In this document: positions 34,041 to 47,212 of the stretch, piece after piece | How positions within the stretch are numbered: the first letter of the stretch is position 1 | Layout of the letters: every line of letters begins with the position of its first letter | Assembly (NCBI GenBank): GCA_003693705.1 | Contig: RBZT01000623.1 | Location: 186,001-250,000 of the forward strand | Origin: Polymyxa betae A26-41 | Taxonomy: Eukaryota > Protista > Endomyxa: Phytomyxea | Reading direction: 5' to 3' | Length of the DNA stretch: 64,000 nt | Notes under the pieces: model-generated | Database searches by the model: none | Told to the model about the DNA's origin: nothing | The model's input: the letters and a program-made list of their open reading frames with translations, nothing else | Made by a program: the position numbers and the translations under genes

Positions 34041-37000
34041 ATGGCCGTGCAGCTGCAGCTCCGGTATCATGGCATCGTGCTCGGCGAGATTATGGAGATG
34101 ACTCGTGTTATGCGCCAGAATCGCAAATGGAGATCTTCGGTGAGGTTTGATGCAGCGGGATCGAACTTCTGCTTACGCTTTGGTTCAGCCCAGCGGACCT
34201 ATAGAGATCGATTCTTGGCTGCTGCAAGGGTTTCAGAATTTGAAGTCTGCGTTGTCAGATCCGAATGGTATCGCTCTGCAATGTATCTGAGTTTTTTGGT
34301 TTCATATGCGTGTTTTAGGGATCAGTCCTGACTTTGACAGATTGCAAATTATTAAGCCTTTTGTTGCTGCTATTAGGTCGGAAGAAGCGACCGGCCCAAT
34401 AACCGGGGTCGCTTTGTCTTCATTACATAAGTTCATCTCAGCCAACTTATTCGCTGTCAACTATGCACACTCGGCTGCTGCAATTTTGGAAATTGCAGAT
34501 GCAGGAACACATTGCCGGTTCGAAGCAACTGATTCTGGCAACGATGAGCTCGTTTTGATGAAAATCCTTCAAGTTCACTTGGCTTGCTTTGGTGTCGAAC
34601 ACGGTGCTCTTCTAACTGATACGACGGTCTGGGAAATGGTCCAAACATGTTTCAGGATATTTCGCCAAATGAAGCCTCCTGATTATTCACAGCTTCTATC
34701 GGATAGGGCAAGACATTCGCTCTTCGAAATGATTCGAATGTTATTCTCTTCGCGATGGGCAGCCTGCAATGCTTCGTCCTTTGATATGAACGCAACAGTT
34801 CATGAAACCAACTTGGCTAATATTTCGCAACATTTTGGAATTGCTTGCATGGTTAAAGTGCTCGGCAGCTTGATATCAATGGGGCGATCAAGTCTGTCAA
34901 AAACCCAGTTTGGACAAAGACAGCAGACAGTACTGGTTCTGCAATTAGCTCTGAACGCTCTTGAATTTGGAGGGAAGTTATTTGAGCACGACAATGCACT
35001 TCTAGGCTTAATCCAAGACGATTTATGCTTCTTTCTATTGCAAAATTCTCGTTCGACTAGAAGTTCTGTAATGTCTTTAGTCGCGAGGATCTTTCATTGC
35101 CTTTTGGTAAATTTCCGCCATCTTCTGAAGACCCAGATTGAATCAATGTTAAATTCCCTTTTCCTCGGCTGTCGTGAGTCTCCATATGAGATCCGCGAAA
35201 TTATTCTCTCTAGCTTGCTGGATCTTGCTCATTATCAATGGTTCTTTCGTGAATTGTATATTAATTATGACTGCTCACCACGAGCAACGAATGTATTTGA
35301 GAACATTGTTCTTTTTCTTTGCGATTCAAGTGTTCCTCCTAACGGTAATATTAACAGCAATAACATTCTCGCTATGCGCTGCCTTCAAGCCATTATGCAA
35401 TCTTTTGTGGAACCGCTGCCAAAATCCTATCCTTCTTGTGACGTTGCAGAATTATTGAGCTCTAAGAAGCAGAAGACTACAATTTTCAACTGCGTATCAC
35501 TGTTCAACAAAAAGCCCAAGCTCGGCTTTACAGCGTTAACGCAAGCTGGAATTATGGACTCTATGGAAGATGCAGAGACTGCAGCACAAATCCTTTTCCA
35601 TACGCCTATTGTTAACAAGTCGACGTTAGGCGTGTTTCTTGGGTCACCATCTAGCTTTGCTGGCGATGTTCGCTCCAGATTTATAAGCTATTTTGACTTC
35701 CGAGGAAAGGATGTAGTTGAAGCTCTACGAATTTGCCTGGAGGGATTTCGTCTTCCAGCCGAAGCCCAACAGATTGATCGTGTTGTTCAGAGTTTCTCAG
35801 AGCATTATTACTCCCACAACACTCGTGACTTTGCAAATGCAGATGTTATTCACATTGTTACATTCGCTCTCATCATGCTTAATACTGTAAAAATCATTAT
35901 TATGTCGTCATTCTCAACTGATTTTTGTCTAGGACGCACATAATGACGGAATTAAGCACAAGATGACGTTAGAACAATTTACAAAGAATCTTCGCGGGAT
36001 CAATAACGGCGAGAGTTTTCCGGACGAGTACTTGGAAAATCTTTACAAATCAATCGTTTCTGAAGAATTGAAATTATCAAAATCGGGTCCTGGAGGAGAT
36101 TTCTCGAGAAGCCTATGGACAGAATTGCTGGCCAAATCCAGGAGTTTTGGAGAGCATGTGTATTTTGAGTTGAACGGATCAGTTCTTGATGCCGATATCT
36201 TTAAATTGATTTGGGAACCTGTGTGCAGCGCAACGTCACTACTTTTCGATGTTGGTCAATCTGTAGGCCGCCTTTATGACACATTTATTTTCTCTGATGA
36301 TTTTCTCAGGAACGGGTATCAGAAGTGTGCCTGTCAACATTTGAGGCAATCGGAACAGCATCTTGTATTCATCAGATACCAGAAACTGTCGACACGATGA
36401 TTTCTTTTTGCTGCCAAGTTTCTGGTAGCTTATTTCTGTTTGCTGTGCGTATAAACTCATTCATGTCTAGGTTTGGTTTATCCGGATACTCGGCTCGAAG
36501 ATACTGTTATCGCGATTGCACGTTCTTCTTTGAAGTCTCAAGCCAGTATCCGTTTGATTTTTTATCAACCGTTTATTATCAACATGCGTGCAAGCTGGAA
36601 TTTATGGATATGTGCTCTGTATCAGCTATTACGCTTAGGACTGCTTCCTCCCGCTTTCTTCATCTTGGACGATTTTGTTTGTTCAGGTATCAATCGGCCT
36701 TGCTGTCCACTTTGGTTTTCACTCACCATTCCGACAGAAATTTCAGATCCGGGTCGTCGCCGTCTCAAGTTTCCAGATTACATTCAAAAACCTGTTTCAC
36801 TTCAGTCACTTCTTACCTCTGTTCAAAGTTTCTGGATGTCGACGAACGATCAAGTGCGTCGTTTTTCTGTTGATGGCTTTCTTTGACCTTCCTCAAAGTC
36901 TGCTTCGGATGCAAAATCTGTCGACCAAATCGAATCTGCAAAGCAGTCTGCGCAGGCATTTATCGAGCAGCTGAACATTGACGAACTTTTAGCAGCCACT

Positions 37001-38872
37001 GTTAAGTTACCTGCTGAATCTTTTACTTGCTTAGTGAACGCTCTGACTTTTGCCACAAAAGAAGAAATGGTAGACTTTTACCCTTCTCTTCCTTGTTTCT
37101 TGCTTATCTAGAATATAATTCAGCCCACTCCACCATCGGATTCCGCTGTGATCATCGATGAGAAAGCCCAATTCTATCGTTCATTCCCTAGATTGGAGGC
37201 AGACGAAGAACTGATCTCAAAGCAACTGATTTTTTTCTTACAGCTTTTGACCAGATTGCTCATCATAAACCGCGATCGCTCTGATCTATGTTTGGATGTT
37301 GTTTCGTCACATCTGTACCAGGTTTTCCGCTCCCAATTCTCTCTTGTTGGTATGGTGCTGTTAACACGTTAATATGGTATTAAGCTCTGTCAGACTCAAG
37401 CTACTTTGAGGGTTTCAGCAACAGCTCAGCTAATGGATTGGATTCATCAGAGGATATTGCTGAAGGGGCTGTTGTCGCCTGTCTGAAACTTCTTCACAAG
37501 CTTCGATGCCCTGACGTACACTGGTTTTCTTCATTCCTGTTAAAACTCTTAGTTGGTTTCGATATTTTCGCTCTTATGTCCGACAGTATCGGAAAGCAGG
37601 TGAGTATGGTTTTTTGTTAATCTGTATGATACCAAAGTTATCACAGGTTGCTTTCGCTTTACACGCGTTCTCTCAGACAGATGCTGCATTAACGAGGACC
37701 TCACAGGACTGGACAATTATATTCACTTTGCTGCAGACTTGTGCTATGCTTTCTTCTGCGTCCTCAAACGGATTTGAGGCATTTGCGTGCCTGCTTTCCA
37801 ACAAAAATTGCAATGCATTTTCTGAATTGACCGTAGCCTTATCTATTCAGGTTCTCTTCAGTGTTGATGCCGAGTTAATTGCTCACATTTTCTGTCCAGA
37901 CAGCGCTAAAGTTTGCCCAAAACAAAACAGTCCCAGTTGCAGAACGTCTCCGTGCGATCGATTATCTTCAGCTAATTTACGATCGGCTGTCTATGCTGGA
38001 ATTTAGGTCGATGGCTGCTGAGAATGCATCTGCCGAACTGGTTGGTTTGGTATGTTTCTCGGCTATAAATAAGGATATTGAGCATGATCATTAGAACGAG
38101 GAATTGCCAATCTTGTATTACATGCAACTCTTTGAAGCACTTCGCGTTGTTGTCTGCTCTAGTGAAAAGTAAAGTCTTAGGTCCTATGTTCGTCGAGTTG
38201 CTGTAATTTGTTTAGGTTCAGTCTTCGTGAACATGCTTTAGCCACTCTTCAGCGTCTTCTGCTTTCACCAGAAGCTAAGCAGTTGTCGACTGCAGCGTGG
38301 AAAGACATATTCGATAAAGTATGTGTGAAGACTGTGCTTTTATCTCTGTTCATTTCTTTCAGGTCGTCATCAATACGATCACAGTATTGGGATCAACACG
38401 GTCGTCGTCTCATTATCTTTCAAAATGTCGATGTGCTGTTACAGCATTCGCTTGCCGTATATTTCTTATTTATCTCTCCCAGCTTTTAACTTTAAAAAAA
38501 TCTGATTTTAAGGCGCTATGGTGTTCATTGATATCTGAACTGTATGTTCTGCGTAATTGCCCTGGCAAGCCTTTTCTAATTGGGTTTTTATATAGTTTGA
38601 GTTTTCTCGATCTCGAATCGGATAATCCATCACAAAGCTTATTAGCAGAAACGGTCACTGAATCTCTAAAAAACACTCTCAGAGTAATCAGTGCCTCCGA
38701 TATAGAAGAATCATTTGGGGCTGATATGTGGGAGATAACGTGGCAAACAATTGATCCATTTCTTCCTCAGCTTCGAGAAGAAGTGTTTCCTAGAGAGGAA
38801 GAACCTCAGTTGCTTGATGAAAGCAAAATGGATCCAAATCCGCCTGCTCCTCAATCTGTAATATCGGAGTGA
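34041..38872 (+). CDS. GBF1: GBF1/GNOM-type large ARF guanine nucleotide exchange factor
   Basis: IRSEEATGPITGVAL, THCRFEATD (DCB); LYINYDC (HUS); Sec7 FRLPAEAQQIDR, LIMLNT|DAHN, LRGINNG; TESLKNTL near the C-terminus. Confidence 0.9.
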
Positions 38873-38991
38873 TTTCTTATCGAGCCATTTAGACGCAATC
38901 TTCTATCTACAGTGGACCCGTCTTCAATATATCTCCAATTTAATTCTCAAAAATGATTACAATAAATTGCTGTATTAATACCTTCCAGTGT

Positions 38992-40059
38992 TTACAACTG
39001 CCAGTCAATTGGCTTGACACCATTCTTTTGTAAGAAATTGTTAGTCTTGGAAAAGTGCTTGCACCCGAAAAACCCTCGATGAGCAGACAATCCAGATGGA
39101 TGAGCGGCTTCTAATATAAGAAAATTGGGATTCTTTGCAGCAAATAAACCCGCCTGGCGCCCTTTTTGTTGTGCGAACCTGCCCCAGAGAAGAAAGACTA
39201 CAGGATCGTCTTTCTGTAACCAACGTTCACAATAGAATCAAATAACGATGCATTTGCAACGACCTTCTCTTTTATAATGCAACGAAGGATGTGGTCTGTA
39301 AACTTTCCCCATCCAATATCCTTATGGCTGTTTGCAGAACGAGCTCGAACAGTTAAGGCTGCGTTAAGTAACAGAACACCCTAATACCGCAGAGTAAGGC
39401 CCGAACTTGCAGCATGCAGCATCAGACCTGTTTGGCCCAGTTATGGAGGCTACCATGAGGTGGAATATGAAAGTCGGGAATGTCTTTGGATAGTTCGCTA
39501 TAAACATTCTTTAAACTAGAAGGAATAGGAATGCCATGTGGAACTGAGAAAGCCAATCCTTCAGCCTGTCCTGGACTGTGATAAGGATCCTGGCCAACGA
39601 TTATAACCCGAACCTAAAGCATCATCAGCATAAGACAGTACACGAGGATTAGTGAATATCATACCTGATCCACAGGCTGCTCTAATGCCTTGAATACCAA
39701 GCTTGAAGGGGGATAAATAACGACTCCTTTTGCTTGCTCTTCTCTCTATGACACAGATATAAATGCTGTTCTGGCGAATTATCTCCTCGAACCAGTTTCT
39801 TTTTTAAAGTCAACATATAATCTTTGTTTAACTCTGGCTCCAGAGCAGGTGCCCATGATTTATGAATAAGCTTCTCAGCCTCCTCGTAGTTGTCGAGCTT
39901 CGGAGCTGGAGTCATGGTCTGTAGCTGTTTCGAAGAACCAGGCCAACAAGAGACCCGATCAGACCCGATAGGTCTAGCGAAGTGTCTCGAGAGTGACGTC
40001 TTACCCTTATTAATAGCAGCAACACCAGACCGCACTATCATTTCATCATTTATTTGCAT
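38992..40059 (-). CDS. UNG: Uracil-DNA glycosylase family 1; start uncertain
   Basis: [55 protein letters not shown]. Confidence 0.93.
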
Positions 40060-40788
40060 CTGCCGCTTTCCTATTCCGCTATCCGATTGAAATCGCTTGT
40101 TATAAGCGTTGGAACGATGCCAAACGCGACGCCGCCAATGTCCAGATGCGAGACGCCGATTCTATTAAATCCGTCGAGAGCGGCGGCTGCATTCCAGATG
40201 CCGAACAGGGCTAGAACGAAGCCGATTTTCCAGAGCACGGGTATTATATACGAAACAGGTTTTCTATCAGTAAATTACTAATGCAATGCAGTATTGGGCA
40301 GCTCCTTTCTCTCGAACTTATCGTTCTGTCAAGGCTTTTAACAGGCAACGTTGAATGCAACCAATTTGACTATTAGATAGAACTACTTACTACTGTATGG
40401 CCAGACGGAAGTGTTGATTGGAAGAGATGGTTTTTTAAAAAAGAGAGCTGGGATCGCTATGCAAAACGAACAGCAGAATCGCCTCCACAGTAATATGGGC
40501 AAAAATCCTTGGACAAGACTCATTTATTTGCGTAACAAAATCGAATCCACCGGTTTTCAGGTAAAAACACCTGACGTTTTTGAATATTTTTAAACACTGG
40601 TTTTTATTTCGAGACAGAGGGAATTTATCTAATAGGCGCGGCCCATTCGGTATCGACTAAGGTATCGTGATTCTTGAGTTCGTTTATCGTTACAGGACGC
40701 AACCCTCTTGCTGTTGCCCTTTTCTTTAAATTTCACGAATCAGCAGCAGGATCAGCTGCAGTTTGAATATCGGCCGGTCATTACATCG

Positions 40789-42216
40789 ATGTCTCTTGAA
40801 TATCTCAGAAGGAACAATCTTATTCGGCAGTATCTGCATCGCTTTGATGAACAGCAGTGGCCGGAAGTCGTCAAACTTACCGTCATCTTCGGTATACATA
40901 GCATGAAGCTGAACGAACGGGAAATGCAGTTGTTGACGATCGAGAGGCTTTCCCATTTAGTTGGTATGAATTGTTGTAAGAGTTTTACACAGACATTAAC
41001 AGCCTTTGTAGCTCAAGCATCTACTGCTGTAAGCATTCATGAGACATTACCTACACTAGAGCAAACACTTGTAGATTTACAAACCAAAATCTCCACATTG
41101 AAGAACGAATTGGAGAACAACCCAGTGAATCATCCTCAATCAGTTAATCATCATCAATCTAATTTTGACGACACGATAACGTCCTTAGAAGAGGATGCCC
41201 CGAAATTGGCTAAAGTACTATCAAAGGTGAAGCAGCTCAACAACAGAATCCACGAAGCCAGATCTCAATACTCAAGACAAACAGTTCGTGGTCTTCAAGA
41301 TGATACGGGATCGGTACGACAGGTTCTAACAGCCTCAGAATCACAGCTGATTCGACCCACGAAATCTTCCAAACCGAAATGGAAAGAACGCCCACCTCCT
41401 CGATTGGCTTATTCTGTATGCCAGCCTAACAAGCCACTGAATGATGCAGAAAACGATATCGTTAACAGCAGGTTTTTGGACGTTCCGGCTACGTCCAGAG
41501 ACCTTCGGAAATCGGCGTCGCAGCGATTCGAAGAGCAGGGCGAAGATATCGTTCCAGTGAAAGAAACTTCTGTGCATAATGGATGCGTGAGTAGAAGTAA
41601 AACGAGGCCGAATGCGACGAAACCGAAAATGCCTACTTATCTGCAGAAGGTTCGTTCGAGAATTAAAGAGCGAGTTCAGCAAGATCGCATTGCAGCTGCT
41701 GAGCATCGCAGGAATGTTCGCAAATCAATTCAGCAAGCGATATCAGAGGATTATCCACCACAAATTCCACAGCCAATGATACCTGGAAGGCAATCAGGCA
41801 AGAGTTCGGTCCTGCACATATCAGATACCTTTCTGAAGAATCCCTTGATGAAACCATTTGTTGGCCAGTCTAATGATCACGATGAATTGAGCCTATTCAG
41901 GCAACCTAATCGAGCGGATCATAATGATTCCGAATTACGAGCGGCACCGGAATCTATAGATGAGTTAGCCAACATACTTCGCGGCTGGGTTAATAACAAT
42001 GATGAGGCTTTAACATCAGGATCATCATTACAGCATCCTCCTGCTGAAATATTGGCTTCATTAAGGCGATTAGAAAGCTGTTCGGCGCCAGTAAGGCAAA
42101 CGAATAGCGGGTCTGTGCCCCTGGCAACAAATCAAGCAGATGCTTTATGCTTTGAGCCGCATTTTGAGAGGCAGTTTCCTCCGGAATGGGATTTCTCTAA
42201 TACAGTATTTGATTGA
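40789..42216 (+). CDS. Hypothetical protein (helical N-terminal domain, coiled coil, disordered tail)
   Basis: Long open frame; probable in-frame 48-nt intron 40964-41011; no family recognised. Confidence 0.65.
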   Translation: MSLEYLRRNNLIRQYLHRFDEQQWPEVVKLTVIFGIHSMKLNEREMQLLTIERLSHLVGMNCCKSFTQTLTAFVAQASTAVSIHETLPTLEQTLVDLQTKISTLKNELENNPVNHPQSVNHHQSNFDDTITSLEEDAPKLAKVLSKVKQLNNRIHEARSQYSRQTVRGLQDDTGSVRQVLTASESQLIRPTKSSKPKWKERPPPRLAYSVCQPNKPLNDAENDIVNSRFLDVPATSRDLRKSASQRFEEQGEDIVPVKETSVHNGCVSRSKTRPNATKPKMPTYLQKVRSRIKERVQQDRIAAAEHRRNVRKSIQQAISEDYPPQIPQPMIPGRQSGKSSVLHISDTFLKNPLMKPFVGQSNDHDELSLFRQPNRADHNDSELRAAPESIDELANILRGWVNNNDEALTSGSSLQHPPAEILASLRRLESCSAPVRQTNSGSVPLATNQADALCFEPHFERQFPPEWDFSNTVFD

Positions 42217-42232
42217 AGGCAAGTGCCGATCG

Positions 42233-42544
42233 TTAGACAAAATCGGCTTCGATGAAGTTTATTTTGGGATGTTTAGCGGCATAATGGTCTCGAAGACTTT
42301 GCAGATTATGTACCGGAACCATGCAGACCTATCTGCAATCATCATCCCATTCCTCATACAACACATCAAGCGAATTACTTTGCAATTAAATTTTTTGCCA
42401 TTCGCTTGCGCTGAAAATTCTGATCCATTCCTCTTCATCGCTTCCAGTTTCTTGTTCGCCTTAATTTTTGCATCAATCTAACAAGGATGAGCATCATGGC
42501 TGGCAAGATTAGATACGTAGAACCTTGGCTTTGCCGCGTGCCAT
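42233..42544 (-). CDS. ZNF706: ZNF706-like small protein (SERF/4F5 N-terminus + C2H2 finger), 3 exons; not in the ORF track
   Basis: Spliced reading MARGKAK|IDAKIKANKKLEAMKRNGSEFSAQANGKKFNCK|VCMVPVHNLQSLRDHYAAKHPKINFIEADFV*. Confidence 0.85.
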
Positions 42545-42751
42545 AGCGAGAGGGTGAAACAATTACAGAATGACAAGCACGACCCAATTTAATCGGAAAA
42601 ATCGACGAGCTCGGGCTTTCCCTGATGTCTGATCTCAATCTATCAGAAAACTACTGCGCATTTCTGTATACAAATTGCAGAATTTCTAATATTTTTTACT
42701 GTAATTGGTTACGAAATCGAGTTTTGAATGGGTCGACATCTCAATCAATAA

Positions 42752-45700
42752 TTAGATTAGATAAGTTAAAGTATAAGTGTCGTCGTGTCGTTGACACAAA
42801 ACTTTCCAGTCGTTTGTACTGATGACAAAACCGCGATGATTGCCGAACACGGAGATAGGCGAGTTCGGATCCTCCAACGCATTATTGGCAGCATTGAACT
42901 GTACCCTTAATGGAGCATCATGAGATCCACAGTTCTGCAAATCCTTCGCTCGAGCAGAAGATATCATCATGACGGGAATATCAACTAAAATGGAGCTGCC
43001 GTCTCCGCTCATGAAGAAGATTGCATCAGGATCATCAACGTTCACGATCACAAGACCAGTTGCACCTTGGCTCTTTGCAGCTTCTGCTTTCGTCTGAAAC
43101 ATGCAACCACCCCTGTCGATAATCGCTATTCTTCCTTCGACCGCCTGATAATCTTCGGCTTTGCATCCTTCGTTGTTATGAAGTATAACTGCCTCTCCGC
43201 GAACTTTGGAATAGGATTCGACAGATGGAGAGAATTCAGCACCTGTAGCTGCAATCTCTAGCGGACATTGCTGAACTGAAATACTGTAATGAACAACTGC
43301 CCAATATTGTCAGTTTCAATCCCGCTGCTCATAACATGCGAACGAACCTCCTTTCGAACGCTGAATAGAAAAGACTTTCTTTTGACTTCCGTGTTCGTAA
43401 AGAACTTCAATGACAGGTGTTCCGAGATAACGGATAGAAACAGTACTGCCATCGTTTCCGTCGATATGAACGTCGCCCTCGACTCTAACATTCACTTTTG
43501 GCTTCTATAACGAAGTTCGAACGTGTTTTGAAGATTTCATATGCTAGAAGTACCTTTTTTGCGGGCTCCATCCATTTGGAAACGTTTGATTTACCAAACC
43601 GCGGACGCCGTCTTCTTGGAAAGTCACCCCATCGAAAATCAGCAGAGCAAACAGGTAAGTTTTCTACTTGAGGGTTCCCTTCTCGTCTATCAGGAACTCT
43701 TTTTAAAGGGTTTCTATTCGAGAAAGTGTTATGCAGCGCCAAGTTAACAGGAAATCTAAAACGAAGTGAGTAGCAGGCAAGTACAATTCTAGCTTCTAAC
43801 AGATGCCCTTCAGTAGTAAAAATGTAATTTCCTTGACGATGGATGAACGACTCTTGATCAAACAGCAAATAGAGGTATCTAACAAAACTGAATCCCAATG
43901 ACAACACGATCTCAAGAAAGTATTACTTGCAAGTTTCGGCAAGAAAGAAGCTAGGCATCCGGTCTTCAAGAATTCGATGTTCGACATCCCGAACCGAAGC
44001 GAAGCCGTTATTTACACGAGTAATATTAAGCAATGAAGAGACCATGTAGTCTCCCATCTGAAGAACAAGAATTAGACGAACTAAATACAATTGAAACCCA
44101 GAAAACCTACATGAAGATATACTGGGTCTCTTGAAGCAATATACAGCATGTACGTCGACTCCATTAATTCTGGTCGCAACGGATAGTATCGTTCAGTTGA
44201 ATGTAGAGTCATAGATCCCAGCAGAAACCTGGAGAGACACTTCAGCAACACAGTCAAGCTGACTCGCCATGTTCAATCGACCTTTCCGGCAATGTCCCAT
44301 ATTTAGCCCACAGTGAGAAAAAAGCTCGCTGGGAAAGGATGGCATCTTCCAAATGTAAACCGGACAGCACTTGTAAACCCTAACAGAATGCTTCAATATT
44401 CGATATGCTATTAAGAATTATCATACAGGCCAGAACGCCTGTAAGCTGTTGAACTGAACATAGGTGGGAAATCCACTTCTCATCGAGGCCTCATGATACC
44501 AAGGCCCAATTCGAAGGTGCCTCATAACGGAATCGTACGACTACTGGTTGTTAGAAAAAACATTAGTTGGTACTCAGAGACATACTTGCTCAAACATTCG
44601 CAGAAACTCTTCATTTCCAAACAAGACGTATGCTTTGAACAAGTATTCATAAAAAGAATCGATACCGGCTCCAATCCCTGCCGAGTCGTCGATCCAGCGT
44701 CCAGTCTCGACATCAAGATTGTTCCCCTAAATGATATCATTCAAAAGCGGTTGCCACGTAACAAATTATCAAACCACAAGGCCGGTTTGGGGATCCCTCA
44801 TATGCCAGAGAGAGATTAGAGCAGAATATGCTACATCATAAAACGACATATCTCCGGTTAGATGAGAAAGCATTCCAAATTCCATAATCAACGTTCCCTG
44901 TGTGCTTCATCAGAATAAAAAACGAAGTTGCATAAAACTTACCACTCCAGCAGTACAAGAATTCTGCGTTTCATGCGGCAGTAAGCCATGCCTCAAATTA
45001 ACCCATGCATATGGAATACCAGTTTTAGACTGAAAAGCTGGAAGCAGTCTCTTTCCCAGATCGAGAGCTAGGCGCAACAGTCCATCATCATAATCATCAT
45101 AGTGACTGATGTTTTTATCTTTAGCGAGTAAATGAGCTGACAGTAATCCACCTGGCCAACAGATTAGATTGTTAATCACGCTTTAAGAGACAGAAGTTGA
45201 CCAAGCACTCGAATATTGACCTCGAACACATTCACACGTATATTCTGGTCGAACGACACATGGCGAGAAATATACTCGACAGCTTGTTTGAACGCATCGA
45301 ATTTGCCCATTATAGCCAGTGTATCGAGGGTATCAATAAGTGTCATCGCAACGCCATTATATGAATCTGATGATATCTTGGTTCCACCAAGTTCTCCAAG
45401 CGAATCGGTAAAAGAAGCCGAAAGAGGTTTCAGTTCATCATCTGGAGATAAGCCAGACATATTTCAGAACATTACAATCCGAAACGGAAGCATCAATACC
45501 TACGAGGGAAAGCATGTTGCATATAATTATCGAATCCATGATCAAACATCTCAACGACCCTTTGCTTTATTTGAAATGTTTCATTCTCAGAAAAGGTGTG
45601 TGGACGTAGTGAACCAGCCGATCTAAAATATGGCAATCAATGTAAGATCGTGGAACATTGACAACATCAAATCCAATACACGATGGGGCCGATAGGATCG

Positions 45701-45880
45701 GTTTCATAATCATATTCTTGTAAATCATCTCTAATCTCCGATACAAAAAGTAAACACGTGAACGTCGAAGAAGCCTTACATCAGTTGTAGTTGCAGATAA
45801 GCAATGACCGCCCCATAAAGTAGCCCAGCCACAGCATGATGAAAGCCCCAATCTTTAGGTCCTGTAATTGGACAGACCAT
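42752..45880 (-). CDS. EDEM-type GH47 alpha-mannosidase with C-terminal PA domain (EDEM3-like); start approximate
   Basis: [55 protein letters not shown]; PA domain [23 protein letters not shown]. Confidence 0.88.
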
Positions 45881-45949
45881 AACAGGTCAAATATGTCCAA
45901 CCAGGCGGTGGCAGCCGCAGGATCGACGCCACCCTAATGCTCTTGTAGG

Positions 45950-46781
45950 TTAAAGGTTATAAAAGTTTCGAATAAATCTCGAAAGAGAATGACGACAGTA
46001 CAATAAACTGTAGTAGGACGTAGGCGCGACCTCATAACTAAGGTCTTTTTTCCTCCTGCTATTCATTTTGGACATTAAATCATTATTTATTGTGCATGTA
46101 TCAGCGAATATGTGTACAGTACATTTGTGCCACAATCTCGACGAGATAATGGTGAGGTTACGTTGGAGTCAGAGTTGGAGACCCCATTCCACGCCTTCAA
46201 CTTTTCCATTATAGTCAAGGAATGTTTGGAGATAATGATTGGGATTGGACAGAGATGTTTTAGGACAGTAATATATACCAATTCATTTATAAATAATTTC
46301 TGATAACGAGTTCCTGAACTTCAACTACTTCCTTACGAAGACTTCGCCGAATTTCTACCACGTTGATGTGGTAATCACCGAACAATCTCCTCATGCAGGG
46401 AGAGTTACTTATCGACATCATTACCTGGACCTTCGGCGACAACTCGTCCATAGTTGGTTGTAAGCCCGTGACCAGGCCCGGTGCCGAGAAACTGTTGTTG
46501 TCCAGATACTGTAGGAAAATTCTGGAGGAGAAGAACCAGCATCTTGACAATAATAGATTGGTTTAGAGCTGCATTCTCTTGAGGATAATGTGCATACACA
46601 TTGGAAGTGCCAGAGTGAAAACCCGACGACAAAAGCGTCGATTATGCTTTTCCCACACTCATACGACTATGTATTCGGGACTGCGAATCAGGGTACGGAG
46701 CCTGGAATCGACCAGCTGCCGAAATCGGCTCCGGGTTTGGCCCAGATATGGAGCCAGATCGAGTCAGAGACTGGACAATGA
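45950..46781 (+). CDS. Possible small multi-exon hypothetical gene
   Basis: Exon-like segments with splice-like boundaries ending ...AQIWSQIESETGQ*; no motif, and the structure is not resolved. Confidence 0.25.
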
Positions 46782-47212
46782 GTCTTCCGCATCGCCGCCA
46801 AATGCTGTAACAAGGGCTATATGATAATACTCGGCCGAATTGTTTGCGCTTTAAAGGGGCTCACTGCGTCAGCCTCTCTGATTGTACTGGCACTGTGATT
46901 TTGCCAGCTGAACCAAAGCAGCAGGCGATTCTTAGCAGCTAGGCCTTTTAAGAACTTGGCTTTAGGATTCAATTAAATGTTTATGTTCGAGACGATAGCG
47001 ATTTGGCATCGTAATGCATGATGCAAAACAACTTACAAAACCGCCTTTCCCACAACTCACTATGAAGGACGCTAACGACGCGGAAATTTTTTCTCGATCT
47101 GAGACTCACAATAGTGAATCGTAGAGACACTACACGAGTACACGACAAATCACATTCCAGACCGTTCAGAACACCAAAAAAATAGAGTAAGGTATAAGTA
47201 GTATTTACAGAC

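Noticed and set aside
46850-47200. GCCTTTTA resembling U5 snRNA loop I
   Set aside because: It does not match GCCUUUUAC and lacks a convincing U5 stem or Sm site.
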